From Eledone cirrhosa (taxonomy: Eukaryota), in contig OZ024758.1 in NCBI GenBank assembly GCA_964016885.1, positions 1,922,001 to 1,986,000 of the forward strand: a stretch of 64,000 bases of DNA. Direction: 5' to 3'. Both the position numbers and the translations under genes were made by a program. Below are positions 14,180 through 43,082 of the stretch, in pieces. The first letter of the stretch is position 1; every line of letters starts with the position of its first letter. Below the pieces are notes generated by a model that was not told the DNA's origin, ran no database searches, and was given only the letters and a program-made list of their open reading frames with translations.

Positions 14180-15317
14180 ATTGAATTTCATCATAATTCG
14201 ATTTTCTTTTATGCAACTTTAATCTGAAAAGAAAAAAATATATTTCAATAATAAAAAAAAAATTATGAATTTGTTTTAATCGGAAGTGACTTTTGGTCCA
14301 CCCTGAATATTATGTCTGAGTGCAGTTTGGAGGAGATAACTACATAACTACTCCTTCACTATAATTTGTCTTTGATAATAGCTCAGATTTGCTCTATCAT
14401 CATTGACCTACGACTATAGTCCACTTAGCTATGGAGGGATGCTTAATAACTCTTTGAATAATATTGCATGATTCATCTTTACCCTCTTTTCATCTAATTC
14501 TGAAGTTTCTAGCTGACATTTAACTAGATGTAACAAAATGAACAGGATTTTGTACTCCCAACTCAGATCATGGGACCTGATGGACTTGAACTTGAGGAAT
14601 CTTGTTGAGTCTGTTAATCAGACAACTCTCTCCCTCTCTCTCTCTCTCCCTCTCTCTCTCTCTCTTTCTCTCTTCATTATTCAAATTTTTTTTGCCATTA
14701 TATATTTTAATAGTGGAGGCGCATGGCTGAGTGTTTAGAGAATTGGATTCACAATTGTGAGGTTGTGAGTTTGATTCCTGGACTGAGTGATGCGTTATGT
14801 CCTTGAGCAAGACACTTTATTTCCTGTTGCTCCTTCTACCTGGAGTTGGTACTGATAGATAGTATTAGCAATTGGAAAGACCAACGGAAACATTGTTTCC
14901 TCGGTCCAATTTGATAAAAAGTTGATCTAGTGTCGATATTTCAATAGTTATCTTTATCCTTTCAACTATTTGCCCTCTGCAGATTCAGCTTTTAAATGAT
15001 TTTGTCACAAGACATTATTTCCCCAAACACCTCATATCTACCTGGCGTTCTCATTCACTAATGATTCAAAGTTGAGTGGTTTATTCGTTGTTTGCTAAAC
15101 CAATCTAGAGAACCTTATTTTAAGGTAAGTGAATGCAATAGAGAAATGTCTTGCCAGAAGGTATATTAGAATACCTGTAACGATATTGAAGTGATTTCTT
15201 TTAGTTCTTGCAACACCTTAATTACTCAAACGACGTGCTGAGTGATTAAGTTGCTCTTTTGTTTTACTTTTTATGCCATCACATTTTCAAACTATCTTAT
15301 ATACCTTTATATATATG

Positions 15318-15366
<49 letters not shown>

Positions 15367-15637
15367 CTTGACTGTTGGAACATAATATATATATATATAT
15401 TTTTTTTATTTGATTGCTAGAAACAACTACTAGTTTAACCTAGTTTAACACCTGTTAATGAGTCTTGTGTGTGAGTATATATGTATATATATATATATAT
15501 ATATATCCTACACACACACATATATACCAGGATTTCAGGGCCCACCTGTATATATATCCTCTTGCCTGAGTCCTGATACAGAGCTAACAACAGCTCACAA
15601 GATGAGTTTCAGCCAAATATCCAAGCAGTCGTTCCAG

Positions 15638-15683
<46 letters not shown>

Positions 15684-16906
15684 ATATATTCAAAAGTCTA
15701 TATTAGTAGCATGACAAAGTTCATTATATTAGTCAATTTTGTCTGATATCGTCATTTTTCCCTTTTCTTCTTCTTGTTCTTCTTGTCCTGTTTCCTTTGG
15801 TTTTCAATATCGATGTTTAGATTATGGATTAGCTTCTGCCATATTGGTCTGTCATCGACACAATGTCTCCAGCAGTGAAGAATGTCACCTTTCTTCATAG
15901 TAATGAGTAAAATCGAAGTTTCACATGCAAGTAGTAGATTCGCATCTGATTGAATTCTGAAGACTGTCACAAAGCACCCAATGATAAAGTAATAAAGAAA
16001 TTTCTCCTCAGAGTGAACACAATAAGTTAGGTAACAGTGACACCATGAATAATGTGACCAGAGGCATGTTGTCACATTAATACTACAAAGAAAAATAAAG
16101 ACAGGTTAGTGTGTGTGTGGGGGGGGGGGGGGGGGGGGGTATATATATATATATGAAAATATTCAAGACCCCGACGGCTGAGCTCTGGCCGTTTCGACTG
16201 TTAGACCCGAACTTCGGAGGATCTACCTGTTGAAATGGCCAGAGCTCAGCTGTTGGGGTCCTAAATCTTTTTATATTACCCACTCTACTACCCCAAGTAT
16301 CGAGTACTCTGGTGGGTTATGGTCCACCTGGTATCTTACCACACCCTCTCTGATATACATATATGTAGTTGCTTGACCTGTCAGAAATAATAGTTTAATC
16401 TTTTTCATATCACTTTCAACTGTCTCAAAGACAGCACGCATGAGACCCTTTTCAGGGCTACCCTGATATTACTTTCAACTGTCTCATAGACAGCACCCAG
16501 GAGACTCTTTTCAGGGCTTCCATCATGATAATTTCATTTTCAAACCCCTTGACAATCAGGTCCATTATTACATGTCCTTCACAACAGTATTCTTTGACTG
16601 AACAGTCATGTACTTTAACGTTTAAACCAGCCAGAATTCTCTCACCTCTTTCTAAACAAACCGGCTGTAACCGGTCGCTCTTACTGATGTTAAGGTATTA
16701 TTCTCAAAATAAATATGATCAAAATCGCATAGATTCAATATTATGTGAGATAATTGTGAGGTAAAGCCTTTACCATGAAAATACAATAGTATATATAGAG
16801 TAATGTAAATGCTAAAGGGTTAATACCAATGTTTGAGCTGTGAAATAGGAAAATAAAGCAAGTTAATAGTAGAATGTGCTCTTTCTAATGGCTTATCTAA
16901 ATGGTT

Positions 16907-17163
16907 GAAGGCGCATGGCTTAGTGGTTAGAGCATTGAGCTTGCAATCGAAAGGTTGTGAGTTCAATTCTCGGACCGGCTGATGTGTTGTTTCCTTGAGC
17001 AAGACACTTTATTTCACATTGCTCCAGTTTACTCAGCTGTAGAAATGAGATGATAGGACTGGGGTCCCTATCATTAAATTACCCAAGACACCTCCAACGA
17101 GGATATACCTTGGAGGAGGCCAGCTAAACCTGCATAGGTGTGAGCTGTCTACTACTACTACTA
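16907..17163 (+). mobile_element. tRNA-derived CORE-type SINE; copies at 9855, 10045, 14716, 22036, 43405, 46245(-), 50740(-) and 56362(-)
   Basis: A box TGGCTTAGTGG and B box GTTCAATTC, then TCCTTGAGCAAGACACTT...CCAGTTTACTCAGCTGTAGAAATG, which aligns with the CORE domain; (CTA)n tail. Confidence 0.85.
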
Positions 17164-17827
17164 ATCTAAATGTATTGAGCCTGACTTAGCTGGCAGTAAT
17201 CTGACATCCTAACCATTAAGCCACCCAGTTTCTCTATTTCATGGTTTAATATATAATCAATATTTTATCTTTTTATTACTTTCATTTTCAAATACTAATA
17301 CAATACATTTTCAGTATTTCTCAGGTTTTTTCTTAAACTTGTACAGGTCTGTGTGTTTAATTCTATGTGACTGGATAGATGTGTGTGTGTGTGGCTGAAT
17401 GAATGAATGACAGGTGGGGTGGGGGGGCATATATGCTTGAGAGAATGAGTGACAAATGGAGAGAGAGAGAGAGCATGTGTACCTGAGAGAAGAATGACAG
17501 GGCTGAGAGAATGATAGATTGAGAGAGGCTAGAGAGAGAGAGCATGTGTGATTGAAAGTGACAGATGAGAGAGAGAGAGAGAGCATCTGTGAATGAGAAA
17601 GTGATAAAAAGAAAAGATGAGAGAGAGAGCATTTGTGATATATATTTATTTGAGAAAAGAAAGAAAAAAAAGAAATCCACTTCTGTTGATTCTGTTTTTG
17701 TTGTTTGTTGTCGCAGTCATTTATTAAGCAACTGCTATGATGGAATGCTTACTTAGCAGGAGACAGAATCGAGAGATTGGGATATTTTTGTATCCACAAG
17801 TAGCAACCAACTGTCAAGCTTATATTA

Positions 17828-18208
17828 GCTCTGTCATACACTTGTTGTCTCACCATACAAGATCAGGCTGACCTGCTCTTGTCATCTTCTCTAATGTAAC
17901 CAGCTCTTTGTCACACCCTTGTTGTCTCACCGTACAAGATCAGGCTGACCTGCTCTTGTCATCTTCTCTAATGTAACCAACTCTTTGTCATACACTTGTT
18001 GTTTCACCATACAAGATCAGGTTGACCTGCTCTTGTCATCTTCTCTAATGTAACCAGCTCTTTGTCACACACTTGTTGTTTCACCATACAAGATCAGGCT
18101 GACCTGCTCTTGTCATCTTCTCTAATGTAACCAGCTCTTTGTCACACCCTTGTTGTCTCACCATACAAGATCAGGCTGACCTGCTCTTGTCATCTTCTAA
18201 TGTAACCA
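17828..18208. repeat. 78-bp tandem repeat, ~5 copies
   Basis: CAAGATCAGGCTGACCTGCTCTTGTCATCTTC recurs every 78 bp. Confidence 0.9.
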
Positions 18209-18762
18209 AAATCTTAAGTCATTGGGAGAGGCTAGTTACTTTCAGTAAATAACAATCAACAAGACGTAGTAATTGACCTTTTTATCTAGTTTTTTTTTTT
18301 TGCTTTAGATGTTTTGTTTTTTTTAGTTTTTTTTAGACAATATTTAAGCAATTTCTTCTGAATAGTAACATAATTATTTTTTCCATTTCCCATAATAATA
18401 ATAATAATAATGTTTCTACTTTTGGCACAAGGCCGGCAATTATTCCAGTGCATTACTGGTACTTTATTTTATCGACCCTGTAAAGATGAAAGGCAAAGTT
18501 AACCTCGGCAGGATTTGAACTCAGAGCATAAAGGGCCGTAACTCTGTTGCTAAGTATGGTGTCTGACACTCTACCAATTCTGCCAGAGCGTCGAACAACG
18601 TTTAGCGGCATAAAGTTACGGCCCTTTACGTTCTGAGTTAATGATAATAAATGATTGCTTGTAAGTGAACTTTTTTTAATGCTAAGTGAATTAGAAGTTA
18701 TTTCGACAATAAAATTAGATTTTGGAAATCTAACTATCTGGCTAGTTTGCGACTTGGTTATA

Positions 18763-18805
<43 letters not shown>

Positions 18806-19197
18806 TCTCTTTCTCTCTCTCTTTTATGTATATATATTTTGCAGAACCCACTTTGGGAACCAGTGCCCTAGACAGTGTGTCTAGGACTATATCATCTAAT
18901 GTTTCTATCAATTCATAAAACAGTAGGCTATGATTTATAAACTATTTGACTGCTAATTCTATCAGTTTGAGCAACCATAAAAATGCTTTCATTGAACTTT
19001 ATATTAAATCAAGGTGTATCACTTATTTGCTTTAACATGTCTAGTGATCCTAGTTAAGTTAATTTGGGGTGTTAGCAGAGTTATGCAGTTAATGCTTAAC
19101 AGAAGAGAAATAATTAACTGCTGAATGTCAAAAGTTGTATTTTCAAAACCAGATGTGAAATAGTCAAGATGATTAATATGATATATACAAGAATTTA

Positions 19198-19505
19198 GTT
19201 TTTTATGAATTTACTTCAATGATATAACCCTCCGTTTTTATGAATTTACTTCAATGGTATAACCCTTTTTTATGAATTTACTTCAATGGTATAACCCTTT
19301 TTTATGAATTTACTTCAATGGTATAACCCTCCTTTTTATTAATTTACTTCAATGGTATAACCCTCCTTTTTTATGAATTTACTTCAGTGATATAACCCTC
19401 CTTTTTTATGAATTTACTTCAATGGTATAACCCTCCTTTTTTATGAATTTACTTCAATTGTATGACCCTCCTTTTTAGTAATTTACTTCAGTGATATAAC
19501 CCTCT
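19198..19505. repeat. ~33-bp minisatellite, ~9 copies
   Basis: TTTTTATGAATTTACTTCAATGGTATAACCCTCC units. Confidence 0.9.
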
Positions 19506-19600
19506 TTCCTTGGCATCATTGTTGATATTTGCTTTTATGAAACTTATTTTGTATTTCTGCTTTACTTTCTTCTAAATAGTGTTTTTTGTTGTTTTTCCAG

Positions 19601-31246
<11,646 letters not shown>

Positions 31247-33169
31247 ATAACTCTGTGAAATGTAATGTCAATGATTTATAAAAAGAAAGAAAAGTTATAA
31301 AAAAGTAGTAAAAATTATAATGGACCTAGTAATTTTCTTTGGAGAGCTATGCTAATGTTTTCAAAAGCTGTTTTCAAATGATTATGAGTTGTTTAAAGGT
31401 GATAAAGGTGATGAAAGTTATGATGTTTATATTTCAATAAAGGTATATAAATGATGAGAAACCAACAATTCTAAGTTGAAATTGCAAAATTGTATGAAAG
31501 TAGTTCCTAAGCAATTTATGAGGGTTGTGTCTGACCTACTGAGACAATAGTAGAGTCATTTTATATTCAATTTCCACTTTGTTTCATATATTTCAAGCCT
31601 TTCCTTGTATCACAGATCTGTGCCTCATTAAATTGATTGTGCATATGTGTGCCTCAAATGGTGTCCTGATCCCAACATCTCTTATTTCCCTCAAGCTTTT
31701 TACTCTTTGTGATCCAACCTGAAATAGTTGGAGAGTGATATGTTATCAGGTGTAAGCTACCCCCATTCTTCTTCATTTCCCCCCCACCTTTGTGATCTAT
31801 CAGTCTAATTGAACACTTTTTTTTTTCTCTCATAAAATACATGAAGTAAAACAGTGTTTCTCTGTTTTAGTCAAATCTGTTTTGCTGGAAATTATTATTA
31901 CTTATTTTTCCATTTAAAAGATAATCAATGCAAATTTCTGTGTGTCTGAAATTTTTTTTTAATCTACTTGTTTCCTTCTCTGTTACACCTAGACTCAGAG
32001 GTCTTGCCTAACTATAACATTTTAATAGTATGTTTGTTATAAAGAATTGTATAAGAGAGTATCTCCTTTAATATTTATGTAATGAGACTCGCTAGTTAAT
32101 ACATAGAGATAATGTTTCTTCATATATGTGCATTTAGAAGTAATAGTTTATCTTGTTCAATAATGTTGGAAAGACAAAACAGTTAGAAAACATCGTTGAA
32201 ACAGTTATGTATGTTTCAAAAGTAATGAAACTTATTTCTTGATATGAATGAATGGATGTTGCATCAATAAATGATAGTTGCAGTAGTTTGTTTTTTTTTA
32301 TCAATAGAACCACTGGTTCTTTTATAGTGTTAGGTGGCTGAATATTCCACAGTTACTTGTATCTTTAATGTAATCCTCAGGCAGATTCAGCATGACATTG
32401 AGTGTGAGACAAAGCTGGACCTTTTGAAATATAGGTACAGTTCATTTGATGAGCTTCCACATGCTTTCTGTCGGACCCTAATTCACTCACAAGGCTTGTG
32501 TTGACCCGAAACTATGGTAGAAAACATTTGCTGAAGGTGTTACACAGTGGTATTGATATCACAACCTCGTGATTGAGAAGGGAACTTCTTAAACACTTGT
32601 CAATTATATAATAATTAATAGTCCATTAATTTCAACAAAATTTTCACTGTCTAATTTGGTTAGTGATTATTTGGTTAATATTTTACAGAAAGGTTATAGA
32701 AATAACAAATTTATCGGTCTACTTTCTGATAAATATTTCTTTACTAATAACATCTAGATTCCAGTTTAAGGTTATAATACACCTAAATATCTTCAATTGC
32801 TTAAAGCTTAACGATTAGGTTCCTCATTACTTGTTACTAATTAATTTTTTTTTTTTTTAAATTAAATATTCAACCAATTACTAAATTTTTAAAATAATCT
32901 ATTGTGAAAGTAAATTAGATAAAAAATTAATATTTCCCTTTCATGAGAAATAAGAGGATTTGTCCATCCTGCATGACCTGACTCAGCGATCACTTCCATC
33001 CTGAATTTAACTGCTGAGTAAATGTAGTAATTGACCCTCATTACCCATTAGTCTCTTACATTTGGCTCTTACTATTTTCAGAATACATGTATTACCCTCA
33101 TTCACATGCATGCCCCACGCACACTGTAATCTTTATCTTGACCTTTTATTCATTATTATCCATTTCATT

Positions 33170-33396
33170 AGGGCAGTGGATTGCCAGAATCGGTAGAGCG
33201 CCGGTAACCATGCTTTGCAGCATAGTTATGGGCTCTTACGTTCTGAGTTCAAATCCCGTTGAGGTTAACTTTGCCTTTCATCCTTACGAGGTTGGATAGA
33301 ATGAAGTACCAGTAACATACTGGGGTTGATTTAATTGACTTTCCCCCCTTTCCCTTCAAATTGCTGGCCTTGTGCCAAACGTAGAAAGAATTATTA
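33170..33396 (+). mobile_element. Second tRNA-derived SINE family; copies at 6948, 12100, 12905, 13386, 18410, 22535, 22722, 42260, 55665, 58119 and 60480
   Basis: B box GAGTTCAAATCC, body GAGGTTAACTTTGCCTTTCATCCTTACGGGGTCGATAAAATAAAGTACCAG and end GGCCTTGTGCCAAAAGTAGAAACAATT; more than 12 copies. Confidence 0.85.
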
Positions 33397-33654
33397 TCCA
33401 TTTCATTACTAACCTTCATTCTTAACCTCTCTTTCTTCTACTACCACTACTACTATTACTACCACCACTACTACTACTACTACTAATACCACCACCACTA
33501 CTACTTCTACTACTACTATTACCACCACCAAGAATGTATTTTGATGGGGAAGAATCCTCAAGAATTTCTGAGGTAAAATGGATTCTAAATAAGAATTGGT
33601 GAATGATTTAGCTGTGGATTGCTGCCACTTTTTGGTTTAGTCCAACATAGACTT

Positions 33655-37805
<4,151 letters not shown>

Positions 37806-38374
37806 CTTGCAAATGCATGTTTGTGTACATATAGAGAAACATATAAATGACCGAATGGATAAGCATTAGAAATAAATATATGATACAAAAAATACACGGT
37901 TTTTTTTTAAAGTTTTATTCTTTTCAGCTGGAAAAACAGAGAATATTCATTTTGTTTGTTCTCTCTCTCTGTTTCTCTCTCTTTTCAGCCACCTAAGAGA
38001 CAATCATGATCATGGTTCATTATACTATTACGAAGGTAGCCTGTCTAGAAAACAGAAATAGGATAGAGAAGGCTGTTGCTAGTTTGCCCTATATAGTTGG
38101 AGATCCAACTGTAAAATTAAGTAGGAAATGTAATGGTTTTAGGATGATAGCAGTATTTTATGGTCATGAGATTGGGCATTTGAGTTTTTTGCAACAATAA
38201 AATGTGCTCTTCCAAATTCCAGGGGGAAAACTCATGTTAAGTATTTTTGTTTTATTGTAGAGAAACTGTGGTATTTTAATGGTTTGGTATTGAGAGATTA
38301 AGAACATAGTTAGTCAAGAATATTTGCTAGATCTGCTAGAAATAGAAATCTTTTTTCTTAAACACTTCTTTGCC

Positions 38375-38885
38375 CCAACAACCCTCTCAGGAATAAGTGG
38401 GTAGAGTCCTCAAACACTCCCTCCAGTGGGTCCTGTCAGACGCAACCGTCTCCAACTGGATGCCCAAGCGTGACCAGCCAAGATCATGGATGTTACACAA
38501 ACATCTTGCTAGGGGTTTACCCCTTGGTCTCCTACCAGTTGGTTTTGCTGTAAAATCTGTCGAGCAATTCTTTTCTGAGACATACTAACCACATGTCCAT
38601 AGTATTGGAGCTGTGATCTCTCAATTCAGAGAAATAGCGCCACTACCGGGAGTGACTCTCTAAGCTACACACTCGATCAAGTAACATTACTCCAAAGACC
38701 CTTCGGAGGAATCCCATTTCGGCCGCTTGTATTCACGATCATATTCTTTCAGTCATTACCCAAGATTCATGACCATAGCTGAGGGTTGGCACGAATACTG
38801 AATTGAAGATAGCGAGTTTGGCTTTTACACCTACCTCCCTTCTTTTGATTCCTGAAGCCTACTGCACCAACTCCTGTAATTCCTG
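38375..38885 (-). mobile_element. 3' fragment of a second RTE-like LINE family; other pieces at 20780-21300 and 24900-25150
   Basis: Minus-strand translation KAKLAIFNSVFVPTLSYGHESWVMTE..IQAAEMGFLRRV..IERSQLQYYGHVV. Confidence 0.8.
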
Positions 38886-38972
38886 CACTTAATTCAACCT
38901 CCAATAAAATAAAGTACCAGTAATACACTGGGGTACTTGCTGGCCTTGTGCCAAAAGTAGAAACAATTATTA

Positions 38973-41900
38973 CACTGATGATGGGCTGGGTGGAGTAGGA
39001 ATCATGGTAGCAGAAAAGTGGGCAGATAAGATAATAGACGTAAATAGAGTGAACGACAGAATAATTAAAATACGACTTGTCCTCAATAGAACTACGGTGA
39101 CAGTAATATCTGCGTACGCACCCCAATCGGGACTGCCCGGCACTATAAAAGACAGATTCTATGAGACACTGATGCTAACTACCTCCCAAATATCCGACAG
39201 TGACTATATAATTATCGCAGGCGACCTAAATGGTCACGTTGGACAACATTGTGACGGCTACGACGAAATCCATGGAGGCTATGGGTTTGGTACTAGAAAT
39301 GAGGAAGGCTCCAGAATCCTGGAATTCTGTGATGCAAATAACCTAACTATCTGTAACACTAACTTCAAAAAACGTGACAATCACCTGATCACCTATAGAT
39401 CCGGGGAACACGCAAGCCAGGTAGATTATATCCTTACCAGAAGACGTGACAGTGTCTGTTGTAAACACTAAATCCCTCCCCCATGAAGAATGCCCCTCCC
39501 AACATAGACTGATAATTAGCGACCTCATAGTCAGGACGAGACGTACTCGACAACAGAAGAGGACTATCCTCAGGAGGAAAATATGGAAGCTAAAGGACCC
39601 CACAGCCAGGAATAAATTTCAAAGCATATTACTTGATGCTTTCGACAGTAAGGAAGAACATTTAGAGTCGGACAATATAGAGGGAGAGTGGGAATTTCTG
39701 AAAGCAAACCTGCTGTTGGCGACAGACGAAGTCTGTGGCTGGAGCAGGCCTGTAGGCAGGAGGAGAGTAACATGGTGGTGGAACAGTAAGGTGGAGGGGT
39801 CAATTAAGGCCAAAAAGCAGGCTTGGAAAGTATGGCGGGATGGGGGAAGTAGAGAGGACTATCAAGTGGCTAGGAGACAAGTGTACTTAGCAAGAAGGGA
39901 AGCTGAGGAAAGAAAGTTCAAGCATGTTCTACAACGCGATGACCAAAAACGTGAGGTGTTCAGGATTGCTAGGTAATGCGTCAAGGAAAACCGTGATATT
40001 GTCGGGGAGAAGTGTGTACTAAACGACGATGGCACACTTGCCATCACCGACGCTGATAAGAAGGTAGCTTGGAAGTGTCACTATGAAAGGCTACTAAATG
40101 AGGAGAATAATTGGGAGAAAGGCAGTCTCCCCCATATCGACCCAATAGAGGGACCAGCAGTGTTAGTCGAGGGGAGTATAATAAGTAAGGCAATCAAGGA
40201 TATGAAGACGGGTAAGGCGGCTGGGCCTTCGGAAATAGTTGCTGAGATGCTGAAGGCATCTGGCACGGTGGGACACACCATGGTCACCCGCATAGTTAAC
40301 CAAGTCGTACAGAATGGGGTTGTTCCGAAGGACTGGCATAGCAGCATCATCGTTAACTGTTATAAGGGTAAAGGAGACGCCCTAGATAGGAGTAACTATA
40401 GAGGCATTAAATTAATCGACCAGGTCATGAAGGTCACGGAAAAAGTAATAGCGCAACTAATCAGAGAGAGAATTGACCTAGATGAAATGCAGTTCGGGTT
40501 TGTGTCAGGCAATAGTACCACAGACGCTCTTTTCATAGTACGACAACTACAGGAGAAGTACCTAGCTAAAGGTAAACCCCTCTACTTAGCTTTTGTCGAC
40601 TTGGAGAAAGCCTTCGACAGAGTCCCCCCGCTCCATTATCTGGTGGGCTCTTAGAAAACTAGGCGTTGACGAATGGCTTGTGAGGGCTATACAAGCCATG
40701 TATAAAGAAACAGTCAGCAAGGTTAGAATTAACAACGAATATAGTGAAGAGTTTAGCGTAAAAGTTGGCGTCCATCAGGGCTCTGTTCTCAGCCCACTAC
40801 TATTTATTATTGCCCTTCAGGCTATAACAGAGGAGTTCAAGACAGGCTGCCCATGGGAACTCCTATACGCAGACGACCTGACACTCATAGCGGAATCAAT
40901 GGCCGAGCTAGAGAAGAAATTCCAAACATGGAAGCACGGCCTAGAGTCAAAAGGACTTAAAATTAACCTGGCTAAGACCAAAGTACTAGTTTGTAGGAAA
41001 GAAAACAAGGCGGCGGTCCCATCTGGGAAATGGTCGTGCTCGGTGTGTAGGAAAGGCGTAGGTAGAAACTCCATTTTATGTCCTAAATGCAAAGTATGGG
41101 TGCATAAAAGATGTAGTGGGATCACAGGTAAGCTAACTAAGAACATAGATTTTACATGTGGCCGGTGCTCTGGTGCAATAAGTAGCAGCAAGTGCCCACA
41201 AACTACTAGCTCTTTCAATTGCGCAGAGGGTTCTATAGAAATAGTGGACAGCTTCCGTTACCTGGGCGATAAAATCAGCAGTGGGGGAGGGTGCTCTGAA
41301 AGTACTGTAGCTAGAGTCAGAACTGGTTGGAAAAAGTTCAGAGAGCTTATACCACTATTAGCTGCTAAAGGGTTCTCACTAAAAATGAAAGGCAGGTTGT
41401 ACGATGCCTGCATACGAACAGCAATGCTGCATGGCAGTGAGACCTGGGCATTGTGTGCAGAGGATATACGCAGACTAGAGAGGAACGAAGCTTGCATGCT
41501 CCGCTGGATGTGTAACAGTAATATACGTGAACGGCAAAGCATAAACGAACTAAGGAAAAAATTAGAGATAAGAGGGATCAGATGTTGTTTACTCGAGAGA
41601 AGGCTACGTTGGTATGGACACGTGATGCGCATGAAAGTCGATAGCTGTATAACAAAGTGCAGGGCAATAAAGATAGACGGTAGTCACGGAATAGGCAGAC
41701 CTAGAAAAACCTGGGACGAGCTGATAAACTCCGACATCACACACTTACACCTCTCCAAGACAATGTCACTGGACCGAGACCTTTGGCGGTACTCAGTAAC
41801 AGAGAAGACCCGCCTTACCTAAATATATAGTAAAACCTACTCCAGCCAGTAGGCATCTCTAACAAAATACACCCCGTCCCACCACCACCACCCCCACCCG

Positions 41901-42221
41901 ATCCACACCACCCCGTTCTATGTAAAGTTATGTTGGTGCCGCGCCATCGAGGCCGAAACAAATGAGATCGTGTAGGTGTCACGACAAAAAAACACACAGT
42001 CCACGCTGTAATGTGGCCGTGTAGGCAACACGGTAAAAACCTCCCAGACCCACACTGTAAATGTGGTTGGTGTTAGGAAGGGCATCCAACTGTAGAAAAC
42101 CTGCCAGACAGTCCTATGCGAGCAAGACAATCACTCTTGCCTCAAGTGGGACTACCCCCGTCCAAACCCATGCAAGCGTGGAACACGGACGTTAAACGTT
42201 GATGATGATGATGATGATGAT
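38973..42221 (+). mobile_element. RTE-clade LINE, 5'-truncated and disabled (APE + RT + Cys/His finger)
   Basis: APE motifs VISAYAPQ, GDLNGHVG and QVDYIL; RT motifs NYRGIKL, AFVDLEKAFDRV, GVHQGSVLSP and LLYADD; [11 protein letters not shown]. Frameshifts near 39450 and 40625, in-frame TAA at 39974, and a 3' tail ending in (GAT)n. Confidence 0.95.
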
Positions 42222-43082
42222 AATGGTATATTGATGACTCCAGGGTTATTGATGTTATATTGTTCTACTTTTGGCACAAGGCCAGCAACTACCCCAGTAC
42301 ATTACGGGGGTTGATGAAATAAAGTAGCAGTAAAGATGAAAGGCAAAGTTGACCAAGGCGGGATTTGAACTCAGAACGCAAAGGGCAATAACTCCATGCT
42401 GCCTGATGCTGTACCGATACTGCCCTAAATTGTTTCTACTTTTTGCACAAGACCAGCAATTACCCAGTGTATTACTGGTACTTTATTTCATCGACCCCTT
42501 AAGGATGAAAGACAGTTAACCTCGGGTTTTGAACTCATATCATAAAGGGACGTAACTCTCAGCTGCAAAGCTTGGAGTTACATCACTTCAAGATTGGCAC
42601 AGGTAGCAAGGAACGGAACCACATGTAGGATGTTCAATTGTAGAAAATAACTGCAATTAGTCACCATCGTTTAACGTCCATCTTCTACGCTAGCATGGGT
42701 TGGACAGGCTTGTCTCATGAGGTGAGATTGATCAGGTGACCATGTCTCGCTCGTATAGGACTATCTGGCAGGATGCCCTTCCTAATACAAACCACATTTA
42801 TAGTGTGGACTGGGAGCCTTTTTGTCATGACACCTACACAACCACTTCAGTGTAGACTGTGTGCTTTTGGTTGTGTCATCTATACAACCACTTTACAGTT
42901 GCTATAAAAATTAGAAGGCAACATTTCTCCGACTCTAAGGGTCTTTACCAGATTTTTATAGCCACTGACTGTAGTTGCAGTTATTTTCTGTGCTTCAACA
43001 TCCTCCATCTTATAAATCATAAACAATTTTGAAAATAAACCCAACAATATATAAAATAAAAATATATTTTAATATCAAAATT

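Noticed and set aside
16907-16980. tRNA gene
   Set aside because: A tRNA-like SINE head without a proper acceptor stem, continuing into the CORE domain.
18845-18874. Candidate TIGAR exon ending ...CPRH|gt
   Set aside because: The sequence matches a hAT MITE terminus (ACTTTGGGAACCAxTG, compare 23415 and 53720), has no ATG and lacks the hydrophobic strand expected before RHG.
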